NCBI GenBank assembly: GCA_021325135.1 | Contig: JAJPHT010000026.1 | Coordinates: forward strand, 32,001-96,000 | DNA from: Pseudomonadota bacterium | GTDB lineage: Archaea > Thermoplasmatota > SW-10-69-26 > JACQPN01 > JAJPHT01 | DNA length: 64,000 bases | Direction of reading: 5' to 3' | Shown here: positions 52,080-61,305 of the stretch, piece after piece | Position numbering within the stretch: position 1 is the first letter of the stretch | Layout: the number at the start of each line of letters is the position of its first letter | The notes under the pieces: model-generated | What the model was told of the DNA's origin: nothing | Database searches by the model: none | Seen by the model: the letters and a program-made list of their open reading frames with translations, nothing else | Made by a program: the position numbers and the translations under genes

Positions 52080-53630
52080 GTGAAGGCCCTCGCGCTGGCT
52101 CTCGTCCTGTCCCTCCTGGCCGTGGGCGTCCCGGCCCAGGGCGCGGCCGGCCTCCCCACGGGGTGCCGCGCCGACGGGGCGCGCTACGTCTGCGAGTGGA
52201 CCGACGACGACACGCAGCCCGGGGCCGTGACCGGCCGCTCGGGCGTCTCGGGGCCGCCCCTCTTCGACCACCCGATCCCCGCCTTCCCCCGGACGCTGGC
52301 CACCATCACCGTCACGCTGGAGCAGTACCGGCCGCCCACGCCGGGCTCGCCGATGCCGCCCCTGGGCTTCGACGCGGGCTGGCACGTCAAGGTCCTCGAC
52401 GGCGCGAAGCCGCTCTCCGTGAGCCGCCACCCGGGCGACAACCGCGGGCTCCAGCGCCCCAACGAGACGGTCACCGACACCAGCGTCCACCTCCTGCTCC
52501 ACGAGGGGGGCGGGGCGCCCGTGCTCCAGCTGGTCCCCACCTACGCGGACCCCGAGCAGCCCCCCTCCGGGACCGGCGACGCGCAGAGCGTGGGCACGTT
52601 CCACGTGCGCTACGTCGCCGAGGACCTGCCTGAGGGCGTCGCCCCCCGGCGGCCCGCCGCGACGGAGCAGGACCCGCAGCTTCTCGACGCGCCCGACGAC
52701 GTGGTGAACCCGGCCCACGACCTGCGCGCCGCGTGGCTGGACGACGCGGCCCTGGGCGACGGCCTCTTCGAGGTCCACCTCACCGTCGCGAACCTCACCA
52801 ACCCCGACTTCTCCCAGGCGCCGACCCCCGACCCTGGCACGGGCGGCACGCCCGCGCTGCGCTGGCTGGTCCACTTCGACGTGGCCGGCCACAGCTACGG
52901 CCTCCTCTACCGCCTCCCCAGCCGCGGCGACGCGGACTGCGAGCTTCTCAGCGAGGACGACCTGGCCAACGTGCGCGTCATCATGTCGCCCGCCTGCGAC
53001 GCGTGGCCCGCGCGCGGCACGATCAACTGGAGCGTCCCCGAGCGTAGCGTCGGCTCCCCCGGCTCGGGCGTCCTCTTCACCAACCTCCACGCCACCACCG
53101 ACGAGTGCCCCGAAGGGGGCCAGGCGAGCTGCCCCTCGCTGGACGACATGCAGGGCGAGCGATATCCTTTCGCGCTGGGGGGCCCGGACGTGTGGAGCCG
53201 CCTCAACCCGCGCCTCGACCCGCCCGTGCTCCCGTGGTACAAGGACCCCGTGAGCGAGGACAACCTGCCCAACACGCTCCAGGTGGTGGGCACGATCCTC
53301 GCGGGGCTCACGTTCCTGGGCGGCGCCATCGCCGTCACGCACCGCCGCCGCCAGACGCGCCGCCTGCTGGACCGCATCGACGCCGCGGAGCAGAAGGCCG
53401 GCGTCGACTCCCGCGCCGTCCTCGTGGCGCTGGGCCGCCTGGAGGAGGAGTTCACGCTCCTCTTCCGCCGCCACCGCATCAGCGAGGCGCAGTACCAGAT
53501 CCTCAGCCAGCGCATCGCGTCGGTGGCCACGCGCTTCGCGCTGCGCCGCGAGCTGGGCCTCGTCACCGGGGAGGCCAGCGCGGTGCGCGTGCCGGTGCGC
53601 GACGCGACGCCAGAGGACGCGCCCCGCTGA
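52080..53630 (+). CDS. Single-pass surface protein with large extracellular region and helical cytoplasmic tail
   Basis: Signal peptide, paired Cys, TM VVGTILAGLTFLGGAIAV followed by HRRR. Confidence 0.75.
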   Translation: MKALALALVLSLLAVGVPAQGAAGLPTGCRADGARYVCEWTDDDTQPGAVTGRSGVSGPPLFDHPIPAFPRTLATITVTLEQYRPPTPGSPMPPLGFDAGWHVKVLDGAKPLSVSRHPGDNRGLQRPNETVTDTSVHLLLHEGGGAPVLQLVPTYADPEQPPSGTGDAQSVGTFHVRYVAEDLPEGVAPRRPAATEQDPQLLDAPDDVVNPAHDLRAAWLDDAALGDGLFEVHLTVANLTNPDFSQAPTPDPGTGGTPALRWLVHFDVAGHSYGLLYRLPSRGDADCELLSEDDLANVRVIMSPACDAWPARGTINWSVPERSVGSPGSGVLFTNLHATTDECPEGGQASCPSLDDMQGERYPFALGGPDVWSRLNPRLDPPVLPWYKDPVSEDNLPNTLQVVGTILAGLTFLGGAIAVTHRRRQTRRLLDRIDAAEQKAGVDSRAVLVALGRLEEEFTLLFRRHRISEAQYQILSQRIASVATRFALRRELGLVTGEASAVRVPVRDATPEDAPR

Positions 53631-53691
53631 CCGCTCCACTTTCGGGGACCCCGGAGCGAGGCCCATCCAGGGCGCGGCGCTCGCATGGGGC

Positions 53692-54153
53692 GTGTACGCC
53701 GTCGTCGCGTGCCCGCGCTGCCGCCGCTCCCTCGTCGTCGAGGAGGGGCGCCGGCAGGCCGCCTGCGTGCGCTGCAGCCGCCCGTTGGACCTCGCCAGCG
53801 TGCGCGCGTTCCACCGTGGCGAGGACGCGGAGGAGGCGCGCCGCGTGGCGGGGCTCGTGAACGCGCGCCTCGCCGGCCGCGAAGGAGAATGGGAGCGCTC
53901 CCTCGTCCCCCCACCTCCGCGAGAGGCGCGGCACGACGACCGCCACCACGCCGCCGCGGCGGCCGCGCGCAAGGCCCGCAGCGAGAAGGACCGCGCCGAC
54001 GCCATCGCCCGCGCGCTGGGCGAGTTCACCCAGGAGGACCTGGAGCGCGCCTTCGCGCTGGCGCGCGTGGGCAAGCCGGAGGCGCACCTGGCGCGCATGC
54101 TCGCGACGCAGGTGGTCCACGAGCCGCGGCCGCTGGCGTATCGCGCGCTCTGA
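53692..54153 (+). CDS. Archaeal Zn-ribbon protein (DUF5817/DUF1922-like)
   Basis: MYAVVACPRC...ACVRC; C-terminal wHTH-like L.RM.....V.EPRP..YR.L. Confidence 0.7.
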   Translation: MYAVVACPRCRRSLVVEEGRRQAACVRCSRPLDLASVRAFHRGEDAEEARRVAGLVNARLAGREGEWERSLVPPPPREARHDDRHHAAAAAARKARSEKDRADAIARALGEFTQEDLERAFALARVGKPEAHLARMLATQVVHEPRPLAYRAL

Positions 54154-54160
54154 AAAGCGA

Positions 54161-54475
54161 TCAGCGGTGGGCGGCCTTGCCGCCCTTGCGGCCCGCCTTG
54201 GCGTGCTGCGCCTTGCTGCCGCCGCGGGACTTGCCGCCCTTGCGGCCGGCCTTCTTCGAGGCGCGGCTCGCGGCCTTGCGGCCCCCCTTCTTCGCCTTGC
54301 GCGCGCCCTTGCTCTTGGAGCCCGAGCGCTTCGCGGGCGTCTTCTCGCCCTTCCGCCGCGCCTCGCTCATGGCGGCGGCGACGGCCTGGTCCTGAGGCAT
54401 CCCCTCGTGGCGGTGCTTCTTGACGTGGCGGCTGATGGTCTTGCGCGCGGACGAGGAGTAGGCGCTTTCGGCCAT
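54161..54475 (-). CDS. Small Lys/Arg-rich stress protein (DUF6496-like core plus KGG repeats)
   Basis: QAVAAAMSEARRKG.K.P; three KGGRK/GRKGG repeats. Confidence 0.7.
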   Translation of the reverse strand: MAESAYSSSARKTISRHVKKHRHEGMPQDQAVAAAMSEARRKGEKTPAKRSGSKSKGARKAKKGGRKAASRASKKAGRKGGKSRGGSKAQHAKAGRKGGKAAHR

Positions 54476-54619
54476 GCGGCGGTGGTGCGTCGTCACATGC
54501 TAAACCCTGTCGCCTGCCCGCGCATCGTTCGCAGGCAGCCGCGCTCTCGGCGGGGACGCGGCCTCCGGACGGGCGCAACGCACTTACCCTGCGCCCGGCA
54601 TCCGCCGCGCGGGTTAACT

Positions 54620-55255
54620 ATGGCGTTCCAGCTTCCGAACCTTCCCTACGCGACCGACGCCCTGGAGCCGTCCATCGACAAGATGACCATGGAGATCCAC
54701 CACGGCCGCCACCACAAGGCCTACGTGGACAACCTCAACAAGGCGCTCGAAGGCAAGCCCGACTGGGAGAAGAAGGGCCTCGACGCGATCCTCGCCGACC
54801 TCAACGCCGTTCCGCAGGACGTCCGCATGGCGGTGCGCAACAACGGCGGCGGCCACTGGAACCACAGCCTCTTCTGGCAGATCATGGCGCCCAAGGGGAA
54901 CGGCGGGCACGCCAGCAGCGAGCTGGCCCGCGCCATCGACGCGGACCTGGGCGGCATGGACAAGATGAAGGCCGCCGTGAACGACGCGGGCGTCAAGCGC
55001 TTCGGCAGCGGCTGGAGCTGGATCGTCCTGGGCAACGACGGCAAGCTCCACGTCACGAGCACGCCCAACCAGGACAACCCGCTCATGAAGGGCGTCGTCG
55101 AGGTCACGGGCCACCCCATCCTCGGCGTCGACGTCTGGGAGCACGCGTACTACCTGAAGTACCAGAACAAGCGCGCCGACTACCTCGCCGCCTGGTGGGA
55201 CGTCGTCAACTGGGGCAAGGTCTCCGAGCTCTACGCGCAGGCCAAGAAGCACTAA
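54620..55255 (+). CDS. sod: Superoxide dismutase (Mn/Fe family, Mn-type signatures)
   Basis: HHGRHHKAYV, NNGGGHWNH, FGSGW, TPNQD, DVWEHAYYL.YQN. Confidence 0.95.
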   Translation: MAFQLPNLPYATDALEPSIDKMTMEIHHGRHHKAYVDNLNKALEGKPDWEKKGLDAILADLNAVPQDVRMAVRNNGGGHWNHSLFWQIMAPKGNGGHASSELARAIDADLGGMDKMKAAVNDAGVKRFGSGWSWIVLGNDGKLHVTSTPNQDNPLMKGVVEVTGHPILGVDVWEHAYYLKYQNKRADYLAAWWDVVNWGKVSELYAQAKKH

Positions 55256-55256
55256 G

Positions 55257-55299
55257 AAAAGACCGGCGGCCGATCAAGGCCGCCGTGACGTCTCTTTTT
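55257..55299. terminator. Probable bidirectional terminator between convergent genes
   Basis: AAAAGA..CGGCGGCC-GATCAA-GGCCGCCG..TCTCTTTTT. Confidence 0.6.
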
Positions 55300-55591
55300 A
55301 GGCCGCCAGGATCGGGTACGTCGTGCTGTAGCACGGGTGGCCGCCGATCTCGTGGTCGACGACGGCGCAGATGACGCCGTCGTAGTAGATCAGCTCGCCG
55401 TCGACGTAGTTGATGGTGGGCTGGGCGACGACGATGATGCCCTGCGCGGTGTCGTAGACGGCGCACTCGCCGCGGTGGACGGCGTCGGGCTGGGTGCGGT
55501 CGCAGATGCTCACGGAGCCCTGCGCGGACGCCAGGGGAAGGGCGGCGAGCACGAGCAGCAGCGAGGCGGCGAGGGGGACGATGGTCTTCAT
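55298..55591 (-). CDS. Small secreted 4-Cys protein (97 aa)
   Basis: Signal peptide MKTIVPLAASLLLVLAALPLASA; GGAGG SD. Confidence 0.7.
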   Translation of the reverse strand: MKTIVPLAASLLLVLAALPLASAQGSVSICDRTQPDAVHRGECAVYDTAQGIIVVAQPTINYVDGELIYYDGVICAVVDHEIGGHPCYSTTYPILAA

Positions 55592-55688
55592 GGTGGGGAA
55601 CCTCCGGAGCCAACGGCTCCGGCCCGCTGGAGCCCGCTGGCAGGCGATGAAGACTTCGCCCTAGCAGTTACTGAAGTGCGCGCAAGCG

Positions 55689-57494
55689 TTAGCGTGGAAC
55701 CTTGCGCGCGCGGCCCAGCGCGGCGCCCATCGCGCACGCGGCGCCGATGGCCAAGGCGCCCACGAGGAGGGGCGAGGCGTTGACGACGCCCAGGAGGCGC
55801 GTCGCGCCGGACTGCGGCACGAAGAAGCCGCCCTCGGGCACGAACGCCGCGTGGGCGCGCATCGCGGCGGGCACGTCGACGACGCGCTCCGTGCGCACGG
55901 TGATGGCGCCGTCCACGGCGTAGGTCGTGCCGGGCATGACGCCGTTGGGCCGCGCGCGCAGCGCGTAGGCGCCGGGCGCCACGGCGTGCGCGAGGTGCAG
56001 GTGCCCCGCGGCGTCCTGGTCAAAGGGGAAGGAGCCCTCGGGGCCGTCCAGCTCGGCGCTGAACGCGCCGGCCGAGCCCGAGGCGTTGAGCCACAGGTCC
56101 GCCGCGACGCCGCCCTGCGGCACCGTGACGGGAAGGACGATCTCGCTGGCGGGCGGCAGCTTCGCCGCGCCGTCGTCGGCGAGCACGAGCCCCGCCGCGG
56201 CGAGCACGGTGCCCGACGCGTGGACGGGAAGCTGCGTCTCGACGACCACCAGGCGGCGCCCCTCCTCGCTCGCGCGCGCCGCGTCCAGCGCGGCCGCCAC
56301 GTCGAGCATGCCGTAGCCCGTGCCCGAGTCGGGACCCGCGGGGCCCATGTCGCGCGCGCTGCCGGTGAGGATCGCCGCGACGCTGGCGGGCGTGAGCGCC
56401 GGGTGCGCGTCGAGCAGGAGCGCGGCCGCCGCGGCGACCTGCGGCGCGGCCATGCTCGTGCCGTTCATGACCGTGTAGTAGCGGGCCTCGGCGCTGGACG
56501 CGCCCGAGAAGGTGGCCGCGTTGGCGCGCGCGCTCTCGATGGCCGTGCCGGGCGCCGCGAGATCGGGCTTCACCCACGCGAGCGCGCGGCCCCCGGCATC
56601 CGTCGCCGGCCCGCGGCTGCTGTACGGCTCCGCCTGGCCCGAAGGAGAGCCCGCCGCCACCGTGAGCACGTTGGGGTTCGTCGCCTCGGTCGTCAGCGTC
56701 GCATCGCCATCGCGCCCCCGGTTCCCCGCGCTGAACACCACCACGAGCCCATCCGCCACGAGCCCATCCGACGCCCGGATCACCGGATCGTCCGCATCGT
56801 AATGCGCATCCGGCTTCTCGCGCCCCCACGAATTGCTCACCACCCGGATGTCGTACTGGGCGTGGTGCTCGTGGATCCAGGCGAAGGCGCGCACCGCCGT
56901 CGTCGTCGTGAAGGAGGAGCTGATGTCCACCGCGACGAGCTTCGCGCCGGGAGCCAGGCCGTGCAGGCGGCCGTTCTGGCTCTGCGCGCCGCTCCCCGCC
57001 ACGATGCCCGCGACGTGCGTGCCGTGGCCGTCGGAGTCGCCGCGCCCCGCGTCCACGCTGCCGTCCGCCTCGATGCGCACCGAGGCCGCCACGCGCCCCG
57101 CGAAGCCCGGGTGCTGCGCGTCAAGGCCCGAGTCCACCAGGGCCACGGTCACGTTGCGGCCCGTGGGCCAGTCCGTGGCGCCCGCGGGAGGGTCCGCGTG
57201 GTCGATGGCGCGGGCGCGGTCCAGGAGGAGCGTCACCGGCTCGTCGCGGTAGACGCCCGCGACGCCGGGCAGCGAGCGCAGCGCGTCCAGGGCCGAGGCG
57301 GGGCCTTCGAGGAGCGCCACGCGAGCGAAGGGGAAGGCCTCGACGACGCGCGCCGGCCCGAAGCTTGACCCCACCGCGGGGGGCGCGTCGTCGAAGCTCA
57401 CCAGGCGCCGCTCCGTCCCCTCGGCCGTGGCCGCCGGCAGGAGGACCGGGGCGACGAGCAAGAGCGCGAATCCGAGGAGGACGGCGCGGCGCAC
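55689..57494 (-). CDS. Membrane-anchored S8 subtilisin-like serine protease
   Basis: VALVDSG, HGTHVAGI, FSAGN, GTSMAAP; signal peptide and C-terminal TM. Confidence 0.92.
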   Translation of the reverse strand: MRRAVLLGFALLLVAPVLLPAATAEGTERRLVSFDDAPPAVGSSFGPARVVEAFPFARVALLEGPASALDALRSLPGVAGVYRDEPVTLLLDRARAIDHADPPAGATDWPTGRNVTVALVDSGLDAQHPGFAGRVAASVRIEADGSVDAGRGDSDGHGTHVAGIVAGSGAQSQNGRLHGLAPGAKLVAVDISSSFTTTTAVRAFAWIHEHHAQYDIRVVSNSWGREKPDAHYDADDPVIRASDGLVADGLVVVFSAGNRGRDGDATLTTEATNPNVLTVAAGSPSGQAEPYSSRGPATDAGGRALAWVKPDLAAPGTAIESARANAATFSGASSAEARYYTVMNGTSMAAPQVAAAAALLLDAHPALTPASVAAILTGSARDMGPAGPDSGTGYGMLDVAAALDAARASEEGRRLVVVETQLPVHASGTVLAAAGLVLADDGAAKLPPASEIVLPVTVPQGGVAADLWLNASGSAGAFSAELDGPEGSFPFDQDAAGHLHLAHAVAPGAYALRARPNGVMPGTTYAVDGAITVRTERVVDVPAAMRAHAAFVPEGGFFVPQSGATRLLGVVNASPLLVGALAIGAACAMGAALGRARKVPR

Positions 57495-57571
57495 GCTCCG
57501 TGTCTCTGCACGGACCGGCCATCAAGCGCCACGGCTGGCGCCCCGGGGACGCTGGCGCGTGGGCGTTTCGG

Positions 57572-57612
57572 CCAAGGGGGACCAGGGGACCTGGGCCCCT
57601 GGGGCCCAGGGG
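57572..57612 (-). repeat. 8-bp periodic array upstream of the S8 protease
   Basis: Minus strand CCCTGGGC CCCAGGGG CCCAGGTC CCCTGGTC CCCCTTGG. Confidence 0.6.
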
Positions 57613-57664
57613 TTTTGTCGACTCCCTGGCATCGTATTCCCTGCGCCGCAGCGCGGTGACATGA

Positions 57665-57980
57665 GGGGGTTTCAGGGCGAAGCCCCCTGACGTGAAGGGA
57701 AAGCCTGGCAGACAACCCAGACTTCAGGGGGCTGTGCCCAGCACCGCGCACGTAGGCCATCGCGAGTGGCGGGCGACTTGAGGAAGCGCCCTCGTGGGTT
57801 CGCTCCGCCAAGGGATTTGCCTCCAGAAAAGGCGGGACTCCGCGCAACGAGGGACCACGCCACCGTGCAGGGACCTCAAAAAATCCCTTGCGTGGGCGAT
57901 GCTGGGCACAGCCCCCTGGTGCTAGGTCGTCGGATCGGGAGAACGAGACGTCAGGGGGGCGAGCCCCCCTGAAACCCCCC
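57665..57980. mobile_element. Extended (~315 bp) MITE/REPIN-like element, copy 3, with nested inverted repeats
   Basis: Outer arms match copies 1 and 2; inner perfect 19-bp IR 57725-57743/57900-57918; no transposase; mobility is inferred. Confidence 0.65.
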
Positions 57981-58021
57981 GGTTTGCGCGCGCAATACGC
58001 GAAGCAGGGGGCCGGCGTTTC

Positions 58022-59929
58022 TTACGAGGACGTCTGATAGCTTCCCGTCAGCGTCCAGGCGTTGCCGCCCGTGTCCGAGGGCGCCGAGACGGGCGTGCCC
58101 GCCGGGGGCTGCACCGGGAGCGGGCCCGTGGGGCCGTCGGCCGAGTAGCCGCCCTGGTCGCTGTGGACGATCTCCACGGTCCAGACGCCGCCCGTCGCGC
58201 CGTCGACCTTCACGTCGACCGTGCCCTTGCCGTCGGCGCCGTTCTTGGCCGTGGCCATGCCGACCATGGTGCCGTTGGGCGCGATGACGTGGACGGCGTA
58301 GCCGTCGGGCGTCGACGAGTAGCCGGTGGGCGCGGGGGCGTCGGTCCAGGCCAGCTTGACCTCGAAGGCGCCCGTCGCGTTGTCGGGGAGCGTGAACGTC
58401 TGCGTGGCGTTCGCCTTGGGGGCGGTGGTGCCCTTGGCGTCGGGGAGCGCGTGCGTCACCAGCGAGGCCGCCGAGAGGGGCTCGCTGCCGCCCGCGCTGC
58501 TCGTGACCTTCTGGACCGGGACCGCGCTGCCCGCGAGGACGAGGGCGGGGATGGCCAGGAGGATGAGCAGGGCGGCGACGAGGCCCATGGGGAGGCGGCG
58601 GCGCGGCGCGGGCTCCGAGGGGGCCTCGCGCGTCTTGCGCGTGACGATCCAGTTGTAGATGAGGAACGCGCCCGCGCTGGCGAAGCCGATGCTGGCCATG
58701 ATGGCCCAGTAGAGCTCGGGGCGGCCCAGCTCGACGCCGAACTTGGCGTAGAGGTCGCCGCCCACCTTGGCGCCCAGGAACTGGCCCACGCCGATGGGGA
58801 TGAAGCCGTAGCCCAGGAAGGTGCTGACCTTCTCGGAGGGCGCGATGCGGGAGACGTAGGCGAGCCACGCGGGGTAGGTGATCAGCTCGCCGATGCTGTA
58901 GACGACGACGCCGCTTGCGAAGAGGAGGCTCGTGCCGGTGAAGCCGATCATGATCAGGCCCACGGCGTAGACGAGGACGCCGGTGGCGATGAGGGTGAGG
59001 GGCTTGAAGCGCGTCGCCAGGGGCGCGATGAGGGGCGCGCCCACGACGATGACCAGCGGGTTGAGCGTCTGGAGGTAGAGCTCGTTGAACCACGAGGGCA
59101 TCCGGTGGAAGTCGTCCATGTAGGCGGGCAGGAACGAGAGCACCAGGCCGTACATGAACCAGAAGCCGGCGTAGATCGCCATGAGCACGAGGAAGCTCGG
59201 GTAGTGGCGCACCTCGCCGAGGACCTTCATGCTCTCGCCGAAGCTCTTGTCCTTCTGCGGCGCGCGCAGGTTGCGGTAGACGAAGAGCGCGACGAGGACG
59301 TTGAGGGCGACCAAGGCCGCGGAGACGGCGAAGGTGAGGTGCCAGAGGCGCGTGTCGCCCTGGTTGCCCCAGCCGAGGATCGTGCCCGCCAGCGCGATGC
59401 CCAGGGGGAAGATCAGCGCGCCCAGGTTGATGCACGCGTAGTAGATGGAGAACGCGAGGCTGCGCTTCTCGTCGCTGGAGGTCTGCGTGACGATGGAGGC
59501 GGGGATGGGCTTGAAGATGCCCGCGCCCACGCCGATGAGGAGGACGTAGGCCACGACCATCCAGGGGACGCTGGTGAGGAAGCTCGTCGTGTAGCCCGCC
59601 GCGAGGAGGACGAAGACGAGGACGAGGCTGGAGCGGTAGCCGAAGCGCTCCGTGAAGGGGGACGCCACGACGGGGACCGCGTAGAGGAGCAGGAAGAGCA
59701 GCGCGCCGAAGGTGGCGGCCAGGGAGGTGGCGGCGACCGCGGTCATGCCGGCGCCCTGGAAGACGCTGCGCATGAACACGGTGGAGACGGCGGCGAAGGA
59801 GTAGTACGCGCCGCGCTCCAAGAGCTCGATGCCGTTCACGACCCAGAAGGTCTTGGGGAAGGCGAAGGCCGACCGCATGCGGTCCTTCGTGGAGGGCTTC
59901 GCGTCGGGAGTGGCAGCCGGGCTCGACAC
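58022..59929 (-). CDS. MFS transporter (POT/peptide-like) with extra TM and C-terminal extracellular beta-sandwich; start uncertain
   Basis: ELLERGAYY, ERFGYR, G.GIFKP, FSIYYACINLG, LNPLVIV, SIGEL...P; C-terminal ~150-aa Thr/Gly-rich domain. Confidence 0.85.
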   Translation of the reverse strand: MSSPAATPDAKPSTKDRMRSAFAFPKTFWVVNGIELLERGAYYSFAAVSTVFMRSVFQGAGMTAVAATSLAATFGALLFLLLYAVPVVASPFTERFGYRSSLVLVFVLLAAGYTTSFLTSVPWMVVAYVLLIGVGAGIFKPIPASIVTQTSSDEKRSLAFSIYYACINLGALIFPLGIALAGTILGWGNQGDTRLWHLTFAVSAALVALNVLVALFVYRNLRAPQKDKSFGESMKVLGEVRHYPSFLVLMAIYAGFWFMYGLVLSFLPAYMDDFHRMPSWFNELYLQTLNPLVIVVGAPLIAPLATRFKPLTLIATGVLVYAVGLIMIGFTGTSLLFASGVVVYSIGELITYPAWLAYVSRIAPSEKVSTFLGYGFIPIGVGQFLGAKVGGDLYAKFGVELGRPELYWAIMASIGFASAGAFLIYNWIVTRKTREAPSEPAPRRRLPMGLVAALLILLAIPALVLAGSAVPVQKVTSSAGGSEPLSAASLVTHALPDAKGTTAPKANATQTFTLPDNATGAFEVKLAWTDAPAPTGYSSTPDGYAVHVIAPNGTMVGMATAKNGADGKGTVDVKVDGATGGVWTVEIVHSDQGGYSADGPTGPLPVQPPAGTPVSAPSDTGGNAWTLTGSYQTSS

Positions 59930-60006
59930 GGGGATCAGCACGAACCTCGCGGGGGACTTAAAAGGGCTTCTTGGCCAAGCCTTGATCAAGGCACGCCCCC
60001 GATTGG

Positions 60007-60297
60007 TTGAAGAGGGGCCCCCCGGATGCGCGGCGCGTGCTCCAGAAGCTGCGCTCGCGCCACAGCATCGACCTCCCCGCCGAGACGTGGGGCCGCCGAC
60101 GCCCGACGCTGGCCATCCTGGGCCTCATCGCCGTCGTCTTCCTCATCGTGCCCTTCCTCATCGCCCTCCTCTCGGGCTTCTACGACGGGGGCGTCCAAGT
60201 CTCCCGCGCCGAGGGCATCGCCGCCGGCGTGGGCCTCCTGCTGCTGGTCCTCATCGTCGCGGGCCTGCGCGGGAAGCCGGGCTGGAACAGGAAGTAA
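60007..60297 (+). CDS. Small two-TM membrane protein
   Basis: Two hydrophobic helices; host codon bias. Confidence 0.55.
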   Translation: MKRGPPDARRVLQKLRSRHSIDLPAETWGRRRPTLAILGLIAVVFLIVPFLIALLSGFYDGGVQVSRAEGIAAGVGLLLLVLIVAGLRGKPGWNRK

Positions 60298-60424
60298 CCG
60301 CGCTCCAGCCACCATCGGCAGATTCAACGTTCTGTCCCCGGGCGCGCGGCCCCAGGGAATTCACGGTTTTGCTCGCATAGGATGATGATATCGCCCCGGA
60401 TTTTTCCGGCGGCGTGATCCCCCC

Positions 60425-61210
60425 ATGCGTCTCCGATCCCTTCTCCTCCTGGCCCTCCTCCTGAGCGCGCTCGCCGCGTGGGTCCCCGCGCCCGCCGACG
60501 CCGGCTGCACCGTCCCCTTCGTCTTCACCGGGAGCGGTCCTCTCCCGCCCGCCGGGGTGTTCGCCAGCAGCACCGCGGCCGACGCGTGCCAGAACGTCAC
60601 CCTCTCCTCCGTGGACGCGAAGGTGGTCGCCACCCACTGCGACGCCGCCGTCGACGTCGCCCTTGCCACGGCGTGCGCGGCGCTCAGCGTCGCGGCCACG
60701 GTGCCCGTGGGCGGCACCCCCTCGGTGACCGAGGTGGCCATCGCCAACGCGTGCGTCTCCGAGGCCGTGACCACGCCGCCGCAGTCGGTCTGCACGTCCA
60801 CCATCGTGCCCTCCGTCGCCCTGCCCCCCGCCGGGTTCATCACCCTCGCGGACGTGGGCACCGGCCTCCAGGTCGTCACCGGCTACGACCCGGCCGACTG
60901 GTCCTGCGGCGTCGTCTCGGCCGCGCCAACGCCCATCGCAAGCTGCGTCCCCCTCCAGGGCTCGCCGACGTGCACGGAGCTCGTCGTCTACGCGCAGTCG
61001 CTGGGCCCCAGCGGCGCGGTCCACGGCCGCGGCTCGTGCGCAGGGGCCGGGCTCCCCGAGGTCCAGACCGGCGACGCCATCGGCGCGGGCCAGTTCGGCG
61101 TCTTCTACGCGCCCCAGGGCCCCGCCACGGAGATCCGCTGCGAGGCGCGCGGCGTCTTCGGCAGCCCCACCCCCTCGCCCCCCTACAGCGTGACGTGCGC
61201 CACCGCGTGA
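60425..61210 (+). CDS. Secreted Cys-rich hypothetical protein (261 aa)
   Basis: Signal peptide; 12 Cys; ATGATATCGCC promoter-like motif upstream. Confidence 0.7.
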   Translation: MRLRSLLLLALLLSALAAWVPAPADAGCTVPFVFTGSGPLPPAGVFASSTAADACQNVTLSSVDAKVVATHCDAAVDVALATACAALSVAATVPVGGTPSVTEVAIANACVSEAVTTPPQSVCTSTIVPSVALPPAGFITLADVGTGLQVVTGYDPADWSCGVVSAAPTPIASCVPLQGSPTCTELVVYAQSLGPSGAVHGRGSCAGAGLPEVQTGDAIGAGQFGVFYAPQGPATEIRCEARGVFGSPTPSPPYSVTCATA

Positions 61211-61305
61211 GCCCGGCTCCCGGCCTCGGCAGGAGCGGGCGGCGCCAAGCCCCTGCCGAGGCGCAAGGTTTCTGCCTGCCAGCCGCCCTCCGGCGGCCGG
61301 TTCCC

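Noticed and set aside
27472-57980. Repeat-spacer-repeat units as a CRISPR array
   Set aside because: Arms are inverted, not direct; copies are dispersed; no cas genes
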